The notes under the pieces were generated by a model, which was given only the letters and a program-made list of their open reading frames with translations, was not told where the DNA came from and did not search any database. Both the position numbers and the translations under genes were made by a program. This document shows positions 20,583-29,733 of a DNA stretch of 64,000 nucleotides, one piece after another. This DNA comes from Nibricoccus sp. (lineage in GTDB: Bacteria > Verrucomicrobiota > Verrucomicrobiia > Opitutales > Opitutaceae), in NCBI GenBank assembly GCA_047602425.1, contig JASGHG010000001.1, positions 1,056,001-1,120,000 of the forward strand, written 5' to 3'. Position 1 is the stretch's first letter, and each line of letters begins with the position of its first letter.

Positions 20583-21982
20583 CGATCGATGGAAGAAGCG
20601 CGGCGTCTTGCATGCCGTGAATGATTTTTTTGTCAGGCGGACAAAATGTTGCCAAAGCGCCGCTCAACACCGCTTTGCCAGCGAGATTGAAATAATAAGG
20701 GCACAGCCGCAGCCGCCCGTCGACTTCACGCACTTGCTGCTCGGCATCATAAAGCCGGTGCTTTACCCGCACGGGTTTTTTGTATTCCTGCACGACGTGC
20801 AAATTGGTCGGCGCATCGGCCACCGCGATATCGATGCCGCTTTGCCATTCTTCGCGCGAGCAGTCGCTGCCAAGCACCACGCTCCGCGCACCCCAAGCCG
20901 TTTCGTGGAAGCCACTGATCTTGATAATGAGGTCGCGCTCCTTCTGCGAAGCCCCAGCCAACTGACGCCAGTCGGTCAACGCACGGCCGCCGACCCGCGG
21001 CCCATCGAGCACCGCACCCGGCGGCAAGGGCGTCGGATCCATGATCCACGAGGGAGGAATCAGTTGCTTAAGCAATTTGTGCGCACCCTTGCTCAACGTC
21101 TCCGCCCAGAATTCCGCGAGCAAATGATGATGGAATAACGCGAGCGGAAGCTTCTCTTCCTGGAATGCCCGCATCGGCGGCGCAACCGCCAGCTCACCCG
21201 ACTGCCAGGATTCGAAAATGAATTTCGCCGTGCGGATGTTAGCGATGTCGAACAGTTCGAAGAAACGATAAAGCACGTCGATTTTTTCGGGATTCCCGTC
21301 GACGTCGAAACACAACGTGCCTCCCAGCGGAAACAGGTCATCCGGATCGAGACAGAACACGCGCTTGCCCTGAATTTGCAGCTGCTCGGCCAGCCATTGC
21401 ATTTCCGGCCGATAGGTCGCCGCCTCGTCGCTCACCACGAGCGCGATGAGCGGATTACGCAGGTCGGCCCGAAGCGCCGCGAGCGACTCGTAAAAATTTC
21501 TGATCATCGCATCACCCGAACCCACGATCGATGCGTCAGCCTTCTCGCCCTCGCCGCCGTAAAGCCGGTTGAGAAACGCCGTCAGGCCGATTCCGCCCGG
21601 CACCGAATCGAGCTCCGTCATGACAAAACCGTTTTCCGTGAGCAATAAGTCGGGCCTCAACACCGTGGGAAACGCGCCGCGATTTTTCGGATCGCGCGCA
21701 TGACGGATCAGATCGAGCCGGTTTACCGCGATCGAGATAATCGGCGACCCAGGGCGCGAGCAGCGGCTTGTTGCGCAAAAGATTTTTCCCCGCGACCGAC
21801 CGCAGATAAAGCGTTTCCAGCGCTTGGTGATATTCGAGGCACGCCGCGCCAATCGCTTGAAGCTGCGTATGCTGCTCCGCAGTGAGTCCCCACGCCTCCG
21901 GCGACAACTGCCAGGTTTTATCTTCGAACAGCGGCTGCGAAGACAATGAAGCGCGTATCGACGTGTAGGAAATCTCAGGCAT
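20554..21982 (-). pseudogene. circularly permuted ATP-grasp / glutathionylspermidine-synthase-like ligase, frameshifted near 21714-21720
   Basis: N-terminal ORF MPEISY...YLDRGKP joins DLIRHARDP...RPDLLLTENGFVMTELDSVPGGIG...IIKISG...WGARSV...VVQEY in another frame, with one extra base. May be an assembly indel. Confidence 0.7.
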
Positions 21983-22080
21983 GACGAAAGAAAGCCCCTA
22001 GCACACACCAAACCCCGCCCGGCGCAACCCCCGGCTTCAGGATTGCACTCACTCCTCGCCGCCGGCTGCAGGACGCAGGA

Positions 22081-22107
22081 AGTTTGTCACGTAATACCTG
22101 ACCAACT
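22081..22107. repeat. copy of the TTGTCACGTAwTACGTGACAA palindrome
   Basis: agtttgtcacgtaatacctgaccaact; 19/21 match to the core of the perfect copy at 39959. Confidence 0.7.
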
Positions 22108-22150
22108 TTTCCAAGCATCTCTCAGGAATAGGCTAACAAATCCAAAAATC

Positions 22151-23311
22151 TCACTCAATTTTCAGGATATACCCGCGGAGATACTCGCTCTCTGGCATGG
22201 TGATAAGTACGGGGTGATCCGGAGGTTGATGGCAAAATTCCAGAATATGCACGCGGCGTTTCGCGTCGGCGGCGGCATCGGCAAGCACTTGGCGCAATTC
22301 TGCGTCCTGCATGTGATGCGAGCAGGTGTACGTCGCGAGGATGCCGCCGGGCGTAAGCGATTTGAGCGCGCGAAGATTGATTTCCTTGTAACCGCGCAGC
22401 GCTCCCTCAAGCGCGCTCTTCGATTTCGCGAAGGGCGGCGGATCGAGTACGATCAGATCCCATTTTTCCGTCGCCCGCTCGGGCGCGTTGAAGAAATCGA
22501 AAACATTCGCCACTTGGAAGTCCGCCTTCACGCCGTTGCGCTCGGCATTCCGTTTCGCCTGGGCAATGGCGTCTTCCGCGCTATCGAGACCGAGTACACT
22601 GGCCGCTCCCGCCCGCGCCGCGTGGAGCGCGAACGAACCTTGGTTACAAAACGCGTCGAGTACATGGCGGCCCTTGGCGTACTTTGCGACGAGCGCGTGT
22701 TGTGCGCATTGATCGAGGTAGAAGCCGGTTTTTTGTCCGCCCAAGAGATCGGTCCAGTAATCGAAGCCCGCAACATTCAGCCAGCGTGGCTCCCATGGTT
22801 TTCCCGATAAAGTCGATACCTCTAAAGGCAGGCCTTCGAGGCGGCGGATATGCGCGTCGTTGCGAAAAACGATCTCGGTTGCCTGCGTCGCTTCCTTGAG
22901 CAAACGAGCGACCACGTCGCGGCGCTTCTCCATGGCAAGGGTCTGGATTTGCAACACAACCGTATCGCCAAACTGGTCGGCCACCACGCCGGGAAGATCG
23001 TCCGATTCAGACCAGACCACGCGATGTGTATTTGGCATTCCACTACGGCGGGCAACGGCACGTTCGATGGCGCCACGCAGGTAGATTTCGTCGAGTTCCA
23101 CGCGGTCACGACTGAAACGGCGCCAGCAGATCTGCGATTTGCTGTTATAAATACCACTGCCAATAAAGCGCCCGGTGCGATCGCGGCATTCGACGACTTC
23201 GCCATCGTGCTCAGCCGGGAGGAGCGATTCCACTTCGTTGGCAAAGACCCACGGGTGTCCCGCGAGCGCACGTGCTTTGGCGTTAGGCTTGAGTTTTAGA
23301 GATGCCGGCAT
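22151..23311 (-). CDS. class I SAM-dependent rRNA methyltransferase (RlmI-like, PUA domain)
   Basis: GHPWVFANE, SESDDLPG, GQKTGFYLDQ, VLDAFCNQGSF, VLDPPPFAK, EYLRG. Confidence 0.92.
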   Translation of the reverse strand: MPASLKLKPNAKARALAGHPWVFANEVESLLPAEHDGEVVECRDRTGRFIGSGIYNSKSQICWRRFSRDRVELDEIYLRGAIERAVARRSGMPNTHRVVWSESDDLPGVVADQFGDTVVLQIQTLAMEKRRDVVARLLKEATQATEIVFRNDAHIRRLEGLPLEVSTLSGKPWEPRWLNVAGFDYWTDLLGGQKTGFYLDQCAQHALVAKYAKGRHVLDAFCNQGSFALHAARAGAASVLGLDSAEDAIAQAKRNAERNGVKADFQVANVFDFFNAPERATEKWDLIVLDPPPFAKSKSALEGALRGYKEINLRALKSLTPGGILATYTCSHHMQDAELRQVLADAAADAKRRVHILEFCHQPPDHPVLITMPESEYLRGYILKIE

Positions 23312-23358
23312 CCGCGCATCATCGCGCGCCAGCTCAGCGGTTGAAGCCTAAAAACTAA

Positions 23359-23493
23359 TTACTGCTGAGTAATCACCAGATAGAGCATGCCGTCCTCGTC
23401 TTCAAACCAGACGTTGTTCGAACAAATTTCAGAGACGAGGATGATGGCTCCTGTCAGGTAAATCGAAGCTATGAAAGCTATCGTGAGTGCCAT
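23359..23493 (-). CDS. putative 44-aa membrane peptide
   Basis: Manual translation MALTIAFIASIYLTGAIILVSEICSNNVWFEDEDGMLYLVITQQ*; one hydrophobic helix and an acidic tail; co-oriented 47 nt upstream of the methyltransferase. Confidence 0.5.
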   Translation of the reverse strand: MALTIAFIASIYLTGAIILVSEICSNNVWFEDEDGMLYLVITQQ

Positions 23494-23769
23494 GGGGGTG
23501 AGGGGGCGAAAAAATGGTTAGCAGATGTGTACCGAAAAATCTACGGAAGATTTCAGACAAACTTGAATAAAATCGCGGATATTTCTCCCACAGTAAGATT
23601 TTAGACCCCCAAAACTTACGTTATTGTAAGTCATTTTCTTTTACATTTAAAAACCGGCCCTGTTTGGGCGCCAAAATTTGAAAAAAATAGTACCACGTTC
23701 CGTGCCAGCCACCTCCTGAAAATTTGTGTCGTACGCGCCCCGGGCCTCCGTAGCGTGGACCCTTTTCAC

Positions 23770-25476
23770 ATGTCGCCAGCCGCCGAAATCGCACGCCGTC
23801 GCACCTTCGCGATCATCTCGCATCCTGACGCGGGTAAAACCACGCTCACGGAAAAATTCCTGCTGTACGGCAACGCCATTCACCTCGCCGGTTCTGTAAC
23901 CGCCCGCAAGAACCAACGCGCCACCGCCTCCGACTGGATGGAGCTCGAAAAACAACGCGGCATTTCGATCAGTTCCACCGTCCTCCAATTCGACTACTCG
24001 GGCTACGCGGTCAACCTGCTCGATACCCCCGGTCACAAGGACTTTTCCGAAGACACCTACCGCGTGCTCACCGCTGTCGACGCGGCATTGATGGTGATCG
24101 ATGCCGCCAAGGGCGTGGAAACACAAACGCGCAAGCTCTTCGAGGTCTGCCGCCGTCGTGGCGTGCCGATTTTCACGTTCATGAACAAGTGCGACCGCCC
24201 CACGCTCAACGCACTCGCGCTTCTCGACGAACTGGAAAACGTCCTTGGCCTGCAATGCTCGCCCGTCATCTGGCCGCTCGGCAATGGCCCGTCTTTCCGC
24301 GGTGTGTATGACCGCCGCACGAAACAGGTTCACCTTTTCGAACGCGTTCCCGGCGGCGCGTACGAGGCCCCTGTGCAGGTCACGTCGCTCGAGGACCCAA
24401 TCGTCCGCGACAAGCTCGACGACTACACTTACAACGAAGTCAAGGAGCAGTTGGAGATGTTGGATGGTGCGGGTCATCCGTTCGATCTCGCGGCCGTGCG
24501 CGCCGGCAAGCAGACGCCCGTTTACTTCGGCAGCGCGGTCAACAACTTCGGCATCCAGCTTTTGCTCGATGGGTTCCTCAAGGATTCAATTGCGCCACAG
24601 CCGCGGCGTAACGCCGGCAAATCGTCGAAGGGCCAAGTAACAAGTAACAAGGTCCAAGAAGACAGCGGCAGCGCAGACGCCCCCGCACTTGGCACTTGCC
24701 ACTTGCCACTTGATACTTCGTTCGTGCCCATCGCGCACGAACGCTTCTCCGGCTTTGTTTTCAAGATCCAGGCCAACATGGATCCGAAGCACCGCGACCG
24801 CATCGCCTTCCTGCGCGTGTGCTCCGGCAAGTTCGAGCGCGACATGATGGTCACCCACCAGCGCACCGGCAAAACCATGCGCCTCTCGTCCTCGCACAAA
24901 CTGTTCGGCCAGGAACGTGAGACGGTTGACGAGGCTTGGCCAGGTGACGTCATCGGCCTTGTCGGTCACAGTGAGTTCGGCATCGGCGACACGTTAACGG
25001 AAGACAAGAGCATTGTTTTCGACGAAATTCCGCGGTTTCCACCGGAAGTTTACACGTACATTTCGAATCCGAATCCGGCCGACGCCAAAAAATTTCGTGC
25101 CGGCCTAGAGCAGCTCTTGCAAGAAGGCGTCGTGCAATCCTTCACCGCCCGCAATGCTCCGCCGGGTTACACGTTGCTCGCCGCAGTCGGCCCGCTGCAA
25201 TTCGAAGTCGTTCAATATCGCCTGCAGAGCGAATACAACGCCGAGTCCAAACTCGACGCCACGCCCTGGACGCTCCTCAAGTGGCTCGAACCGCACCCGT
25301 CGCTTAAGAATCTCTCGTCGCTCATCGTTGCCAGCGGTGTCGGTTTCGGCACGGACAAATTCGATCAACCCGTGGCGCTCTTCCCCAACGACTGGACGAT
25401 GCGCTATTTCCTTGAGAAAAACCCCGAGTTGAAACTCCACGACCTGCCGCTGGAGCAAACACGCAAGACCACTTAA
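23770..25476 (+). CDS. prfC: peptide chain release factor 3, with an in-frame repeat insertion
   Basis: RRRTFAIISHPDAGKTTLTEK, SDWMELEKQRGISI, DTPGHKDFSEDTYR, FVFKIQANMDPKHRDR, AVGPLQFEV. Confidence 0.97.
   Translation: MSPAAEIARRRTFAIISHPDAGKTTLTEKFLLYGNAIHLAGSVTARKNQRATASDWMELEKQRGISISSTVLQFDYSGYAVNLLDTPGHKDFSEDTYRVLTAVDAALMVIDAAKGVETQTRKLFEVCRRRGVPIFTFMNKCDRPTLNALALLDELENVLGLQCSPVIWPLGNGPSFRGVYDRRTKQVHLFERVPGGAYEAPVQVTSLEDPIVRDKLDDYTYNEVKEQLEMLDGAGHPFDLAAVRAGKQTPVYFGSAVNNFGIQLLLDGFLKDSIAPQPRRNAGKSSKGQVTSNKVQEDSGSADAPALGTCHLPLDTSFVPIAHERFSGFVFKIQANMDPKHRDRIAFLRVCSGKFERDMMVTHQRTGKTMRLSSSHKLFGQERETVDEAWPGDVIGLVGHSEFGIGDTLTEDKSIVFDEIPRFPPEVYTYISNPNPADAKKFRAGLEQLLQEGVVQSFTARNAPPGYTLLAAVGPLQFEVVQYRLQSEYNAESKLDATPWTLLKWLEPHPSLKNLSSLIVASGVGFGTDKFDQPVALFPNDWTMRYFLEKNPELKLHDLPLEQTRKTT
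24626..24720. repeat. heptad-repeat inverted element inserted in frame in prfC
   Basis: cgaag-ggccaag-taacaag-taacaag-gtccaag ... cttggca-cttgcca-cttgcca-cttgata-cttcg. Confidence 0.85.
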
Positions 25477-25572
25477 ACGCCCGCGCGTTCCCCGTCGTCT
25501 TACTTGGGTAAAATTTTGCATGTTTTCTCTCGCACCACCGAGGGAAAATGCGCTCTGTTCGATCACGCTCCG

Positions 25573-26793
25573 ATGAATCGTTTCTGCACCTTCCTCTGCC
25601 TCGTCATCGCAACCGCGTTCGTGCTCCCCGTATACGCCGCACGCGCCAAGCCCACCCGCCCAAAAGCGGCTTCGGATACACCCATCTGCAAATACAAAGG
25701 TTACATCGTACTCGATGCGGCAACCGGCAATGTGCTTCTCGAAGAGAATGCCGACGTCATCACCCCGCCCGCCAGCATGACCAAGCTCATGACGTTCGCG
25801 GTCATCTCCGATAAACTCCAGCGTGGGGAAATCGCTCTCGACACTCCCGTTAGGGTCGACGCCTCCGATGCCGGCATGGGTGGCACGCAAGTCTACCTCG
25901 ACCCCCGCGAAATTTTTTCCGTCGAGGACCTCATCTACGCCCTCATGATCCAGTCCGCAAATGACGCCTCTCACGCGCTGGCGCGCTCTTCCGCCGGTGC
26001 CGTGCCGATTTTCGTCGAACAGATGAACGCCAAGGCGAAGGAAATCGGCATGACCCGCACCACCTTCCGCACGCCGCACGGCCTCACGTCGAAAAACCAA
26101 AAACTTTCTGAAGGAGATCTCACCACGCCGCGCGACTTTGCCATTCTCAGTCGCTACCTCGTCCTGAAAACCGATGTGCTCAAGTACTCCTCGGTGCGCG
26201 ATCGCGATTTCGCCCCGAACCGACCCAAAGGTCCTATTCACATGGAGAACCACAATCGGCTCATCGGTCGTGTCATCGGCGTCGATGGACTTAAAACCGG
26301 CTACACCGAAAATGCCGGTTACTGCCTGAGCGCCACCGCCGAGCGCAACGGCCGCCGTGTCATCGCCGTCATCATGGGCTGCTTCGGCCCCAACGGCGAA
26401 AAAGATTTCGGCCGCACGCGCGACCAGAAAATGATCGAGCTCCTCGAACGCGGTTTTGCGGCTCTCAATGCCGGCCCGGCGCCCGCTGCACCCGCCGCCA
26501 CTTCCCTGGCGAAACCCACTCCACCCGCGGCAAAACCAAGTACAGCCGCCACCGCCAAACCCGCGCCCAAGCCCGCACCGGCCACTAAATCCGCTCCGCC
26601 TTCCGCGCCGACTGTCACCCCGAAACCCGAACCTGTCGCGCAACCCGAGCCTGTCTCGCCTGTGTCTCCTGTGAGCCCCTCAGATTCCCCCGTGCAGTCC
26701 GGCTCCGGCAGCCCAATCTCGCCTGTTACGGAAAACACGTCGAATGCCGACGCTCCCGCGGTGAAATTCGAGCTGCCCAAGAAGAATAAGTAA
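25573..26793 (+). CDS. D-alanyl-D-alanine carboxypeptidase (peptidase S11) with a Pro/Ala-rich tail
   Basis: PPASMTK (SxxK), SANDA (SxN), DGLKTGYT (KTG), signal peptide. Confidence 0.93.
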   Translation: MNRFCTFLCLVIATAFVLPVYAARAKPTRPKAASDTPICKYKGYIVLDAATGNVLLEENADVITPPASMTKLMTFAVISDKLQRGEIALDTPVRVDASDAGMGGTQVYLDPREIFSVEDLIYALMIQSANDASHALARSSAGAVPIFVEQMNAKAKEIGMTRTTFRTPHGLTSKNQKLSEGDLTTPRDFAILSRYLVLKTDVLKYSSVRDRDFAPNRPKGPIHMENHNRLIGRVIGVDGLKTGYTENAGYCLSATAERNGRRVIAVIMGCFGPNGEKDFGRTRDQKMIELLERGFAALNAGPAPAAPAATSLAKPTPPAAKPSTAATAKPAPKPAPATKSAPPSAPTVTPKPEPVAQPEPVSPVSPVSPSDSPVQSGSGSPISPVTENTSNADAPAVKFELPKKNK

Positions 26794-26834
26794 GCGGGGC
26801 TGCGCCAAGTCACCGCCAGAACGCCCGCACGCGC

Positions 26835-27512
26835 ATGAACCGATTCCACTCCGCGTTCCTGCCGTTGCTACTGCTGGTTCTCGCCGGTTGCACCACGAGC
26901 AAACAGAAAAGCGCCGAAGTGCATCAGGGGAAAGTCGGGGCCACCGAAATCACGAGTTTTAGTCCCATTCCCGCCGGAGCGACCGTGGAGCCCATCATCC
27001 CGGCAGAAGTGCAGAAGCTCAACAAAACGCAGGTTGAGCCCGCAGTTGCTGCGCCCGACGCGTATTCGCTGCAACACCGCGTTTTTCCCGACTTGTTGTT
27101 CAAGACCGAAGGACAATTTTTCGCTTCGCTTCACGGCGGCGAATTTGAACGGCTTCGCGAAATCATCGCCGAAAACTATGGCGCTGCCTACTCCAAGGCC
27201 ATGCGGATGAAATCGGTTAGTCAGCCGGACATCGTCTTCATCACTTTTCCCGAACCCGCCCGGGCTCCGCTTTGCTATCACGTTGCTTTGATAAAAAAGG
27301 ACACGACCTTCACCTATCTCGCCCTCGAAAAATCCGACGACCTCCTCGGCACCGGCATAAAATCGGCCTTCTGCGGCTGGACTGCCGACGGCAGTCACGT
27401 CAACTACGGCGACCGCACCTATACCTCACTTACCGATTTCGAGGAAGAAGTGAGAGCCTTTCTCGCCAGACAAGGTAGCCCACAACCATCCGCCAGCACC
27501 ACGCCAAGGTGA
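26835..27512 (+). CDS. hypothetical lipoprotein
   Basis: Lipobox LAGC; C-terminal GWTADGSHVNYG. Confidence 0.75.
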   Translation: MNRFHSAFLPLLLLVLAGCTTSKQKSAEVHQGKVGATEITSFSPIPAGATVEPIIPAEVQKLNKTQVEPAVAAPDAYSLQHRVFPDLLFKTEGQFFASLHGGEFERLREIIAENYGAAYSKAMRMKSVSQPDIVFITFPEPARAPLCYHVALIKKDTTFTYLALEKSDDLLGTGIKSAFCGWTADGSHVNYGDRTYTSLTDFEEEVRAFLARQGSPQPSASTTPR

Positions 27513-27529
27513 GAAATGCGCAAATCGCC

Positions 27530-29461
27530 ATGAAAAACGTGGTCTTGAACGATGCGCCCCTGCCCGCCAGATCTCGCCGCGACTGCATCGCTTGGTTCCT
27601 GATTTTTGCGTGCTGCGTGCTCGTTTATTTTCCCGCGCTCAATGGCACGTGGCTCTGGGACGACGATGGCCACGTCTGCAAGCAGTCCCTGCGCTCACTG
27701 CACGGCTTGTTCCGCATTTGGACCGATCTCGGCGCCACTCAGCAATACTATCCCATTCTGCACACGGCCTTCTGGGTCGAGTGGTTTTTATGGGGCGAAT
27801 CTTTGCTCGGTTATCACTTAACCAACGTCCTGCTCCACGCCACCGCGGCCTGCCTCGTCATTGCCATTGTGCGGCGGCTCGCGTTGCCCGGCGCTTGGCT
27901 GGCGGGCCTGCTTTTCGCGCTTCACCCCGTCTGCGTCGAATCCGTCGCGTGGATCAGTGAGCAAAAAAATACGTTGTCCACCGTTTTTGTTCTCGGCGCC
28001 GTGCTGCTCTATTTGCGCTTCGACGAAAACCGAACCAAACGTCATTACACCTTCGCCTGTCTTCTTTTCGCCTGCGCTCTTTTAACCAAATCCGTCACCG
28101 CCATGGTGCCCATCGCTCTCGTCATCACTTTCTGGTGGAAACGCGGACGCTTGGGCTGGCGTGAAGATATTTTACCGCTCTTGCCCTGGGTCGTTGCCGG
28201 CGCGAGCGCCGGACTCTTTACCGCCTGGGTTGAACGCACCTACATCGGCGCCCAAGGCTCCGACTACCTGCTCTCACCGGCCCAACGTCTTCTCCTCGCG
28301 GGACGCATCCCCTGGTTTTACCTCTCAAAATTGGTTTGGCCAACTGATCTGATTTTCATTTATCCGCGCTGGTCACCTGACGCCACCGTGATCTGGCAAT
28401 GGTTTTTCCCTGCCGCCCTCGCCACAGTTATCGCGGGACTTTGGTTGCTTCAAACCCGTTACCGCGGCCCCCTCGCTGCGCTGCTGGCTTACCTGGCGCT
28501 GCTTTTCCCGGTGCTGGGTTTCGTGAACATTTACCCGTTCGCCTTTTCCTTCGTCGCCGATCACTTTCAATACCTTGCCAGCCTTGCGATCATCATCCCC
28601 GTGGCATCGATGCTGGCTCGGATGGCGCAGCGTTTCTTCCCAGAAAAACCGCGTTGGCTCGCATCGCTCCCTGCGGCAGCACTGCTGGCGATACTCGGAT
28701 TGCTAACCTGGCGTCAGAGCCATCTGTACCGCGACAACGAAGTGCTCTACAAAAGCACCCTGGCTCTCAATCCCCGCTGCTGGCTGGCCTACAATAACCT
28801 CGGCAGCATCATTAACGCGACGCCCGGCCGCTCCGCCGAGGCGATCGCATGTTACAAAGCCGCGCTTGCCATCAAGCCCAATCATCCGGAGGCAAATTTC
28901 AATATCGCGAATATCCTCGGAAAAAATCCGGCCACCGCGGCCGAAGCCATCGGCTACTACGAAGCTGCTTTGCAGGCGCAACCGACCTACACCGAGGCGC
29001 ACAACAATCTCGGTTCGCTTCTCGCAAATGACCCGAACTACTTGCTAGAAGCCATATCTCATTTCGAGGAAGCCATCCGACTCCAGCCCGACTTCACCGC
29101 AGCCCACAATAATCTTGGCACCGCCCTCGCCCGCGCTGGCCGACCGTCCGAAGCGATCCGATACTACCGGATTGCCGCTAAGTTGGATCCAAGTTTGGCG
29201 GAAACTCACTTCAATCTCGGCAACGCCCTCGCCAAAAACCCCTCGTCCCACGTCGAGGCGATTGCCTGCTACGAGGAGGCCATTCGCCTGCAACCGCGTT
29301 ATGCGGAAGCCCACGTCAACCTCGGCGTGCTGCTCTCGCAAATTCCGGAACGTCGAGCCGATGCCATCGCACATTATGAAGCTGCTTTACGCGAGCGACC
29401 TGATTTAGAGGCCGTCAAACGCGCGCTGGACCGGCTGAAATCGGTTTCGCCGTCACCGTAG
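27530..29461 (+). CDS. multi-TM protein with C-terminal TPR repeats (TMTC/GT-C-like)
   Basis: WLWDDD loop, YYPILHT, YHLTNVLLH, LFALHPVCVESVAWISE, ADHFQYLA, then repeated A(Y/H)NNLG TPR units. Confidence 0.85.
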   Translation: MKNVVLNDAPLPARSRRDCIAWFLIFACCVLVYFPALNGTWLWDDDGHVCKQSLRSLHGLFRIWTDLGATQQYYPILHTAFWVEWFLWGESLLGYHLTNVLLHATAACLVIAIVRRLALPGAWLAGLLFALHPVCVESVAWISEQKNTLSTVFVLGAVLLYLRFDENRTKRHYTFACLLFACALLTKSVTAMVPIALVITFWWKRGRLGWREDILPLLPWVVAGASAGLFTAWVERTYIGAQGSDYLLSPAQRLLLAGRIPWFYLSKLVWPTDLIFIYPRWSPDATVIWQWFFPAALATVIAGLWLLQTRYRGPLAALLAYLALLFPVLGFVNIYPFAFSFVADHFQYLASLAIIIPVASMLARMAQRFFPEKPRWLASLPAAALLAILGLLTWRQSHLYRDNEVLYKSTLALNPRCWLAYNNLGSIINATPGRSAEAIACYKAALAIKPNHPEANFNIANILGKNPATAAEAIGYYEAALQAQPTYTEAHNNLGSLLANDPNYLLEAISHFEEAIRLQPDFTAAHNNLGTALARAGRPSEAIRYYRIAAKLDPSLAETHFNLGNALAKNPSSHVEAIACYEEAIRLQPRYAEAHVNLGVLLSQIPERRADAIAHYEAALRERPDLEAVKRALDRLKSVSPSP

Positions 29462-29468
29462 CGGCTAT

Positions 29469-29711
29469 CTACTTTTTGGCAGCGGCCTCGGCGCGCTTCT
29501 GCCGTTCCTGATCCTCTTTCCGCTGGGCGTTTTCAATCCAATCGTGATCGTCCGCCATCCGTTGCGCCTCCGCCATATCGGCGGCAGCACCGCTTTTTTT
29601 CAATTGCTCGGGGCGAGTCGCGAAATTGGAAGTACTCCACTTAAACGACTTGCAACCTCCAAAAGAGGAAATGACTGCGAGCGAAAACAATAGGATCTGG
29701 AATATTTTCAT
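29469..29711 (-). CDS. small putative lipoprotein
   Basis: MKIFQILLFSLAVISSFGGC lipobox-like start; 22 nt downstream of the 464-aa gene. Confidence 0.6.
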   Translation of the reverse strand: MKIFQILLFSLAVISSFGGCKSFKWSTSNFATRPEQLKKSGAAADMAEAQRMADDHDWIENAQRKEDQERQKRAEAAAKK

Positions 29712-29733
29712 TGGGCAATATTCCCTCTCAACG

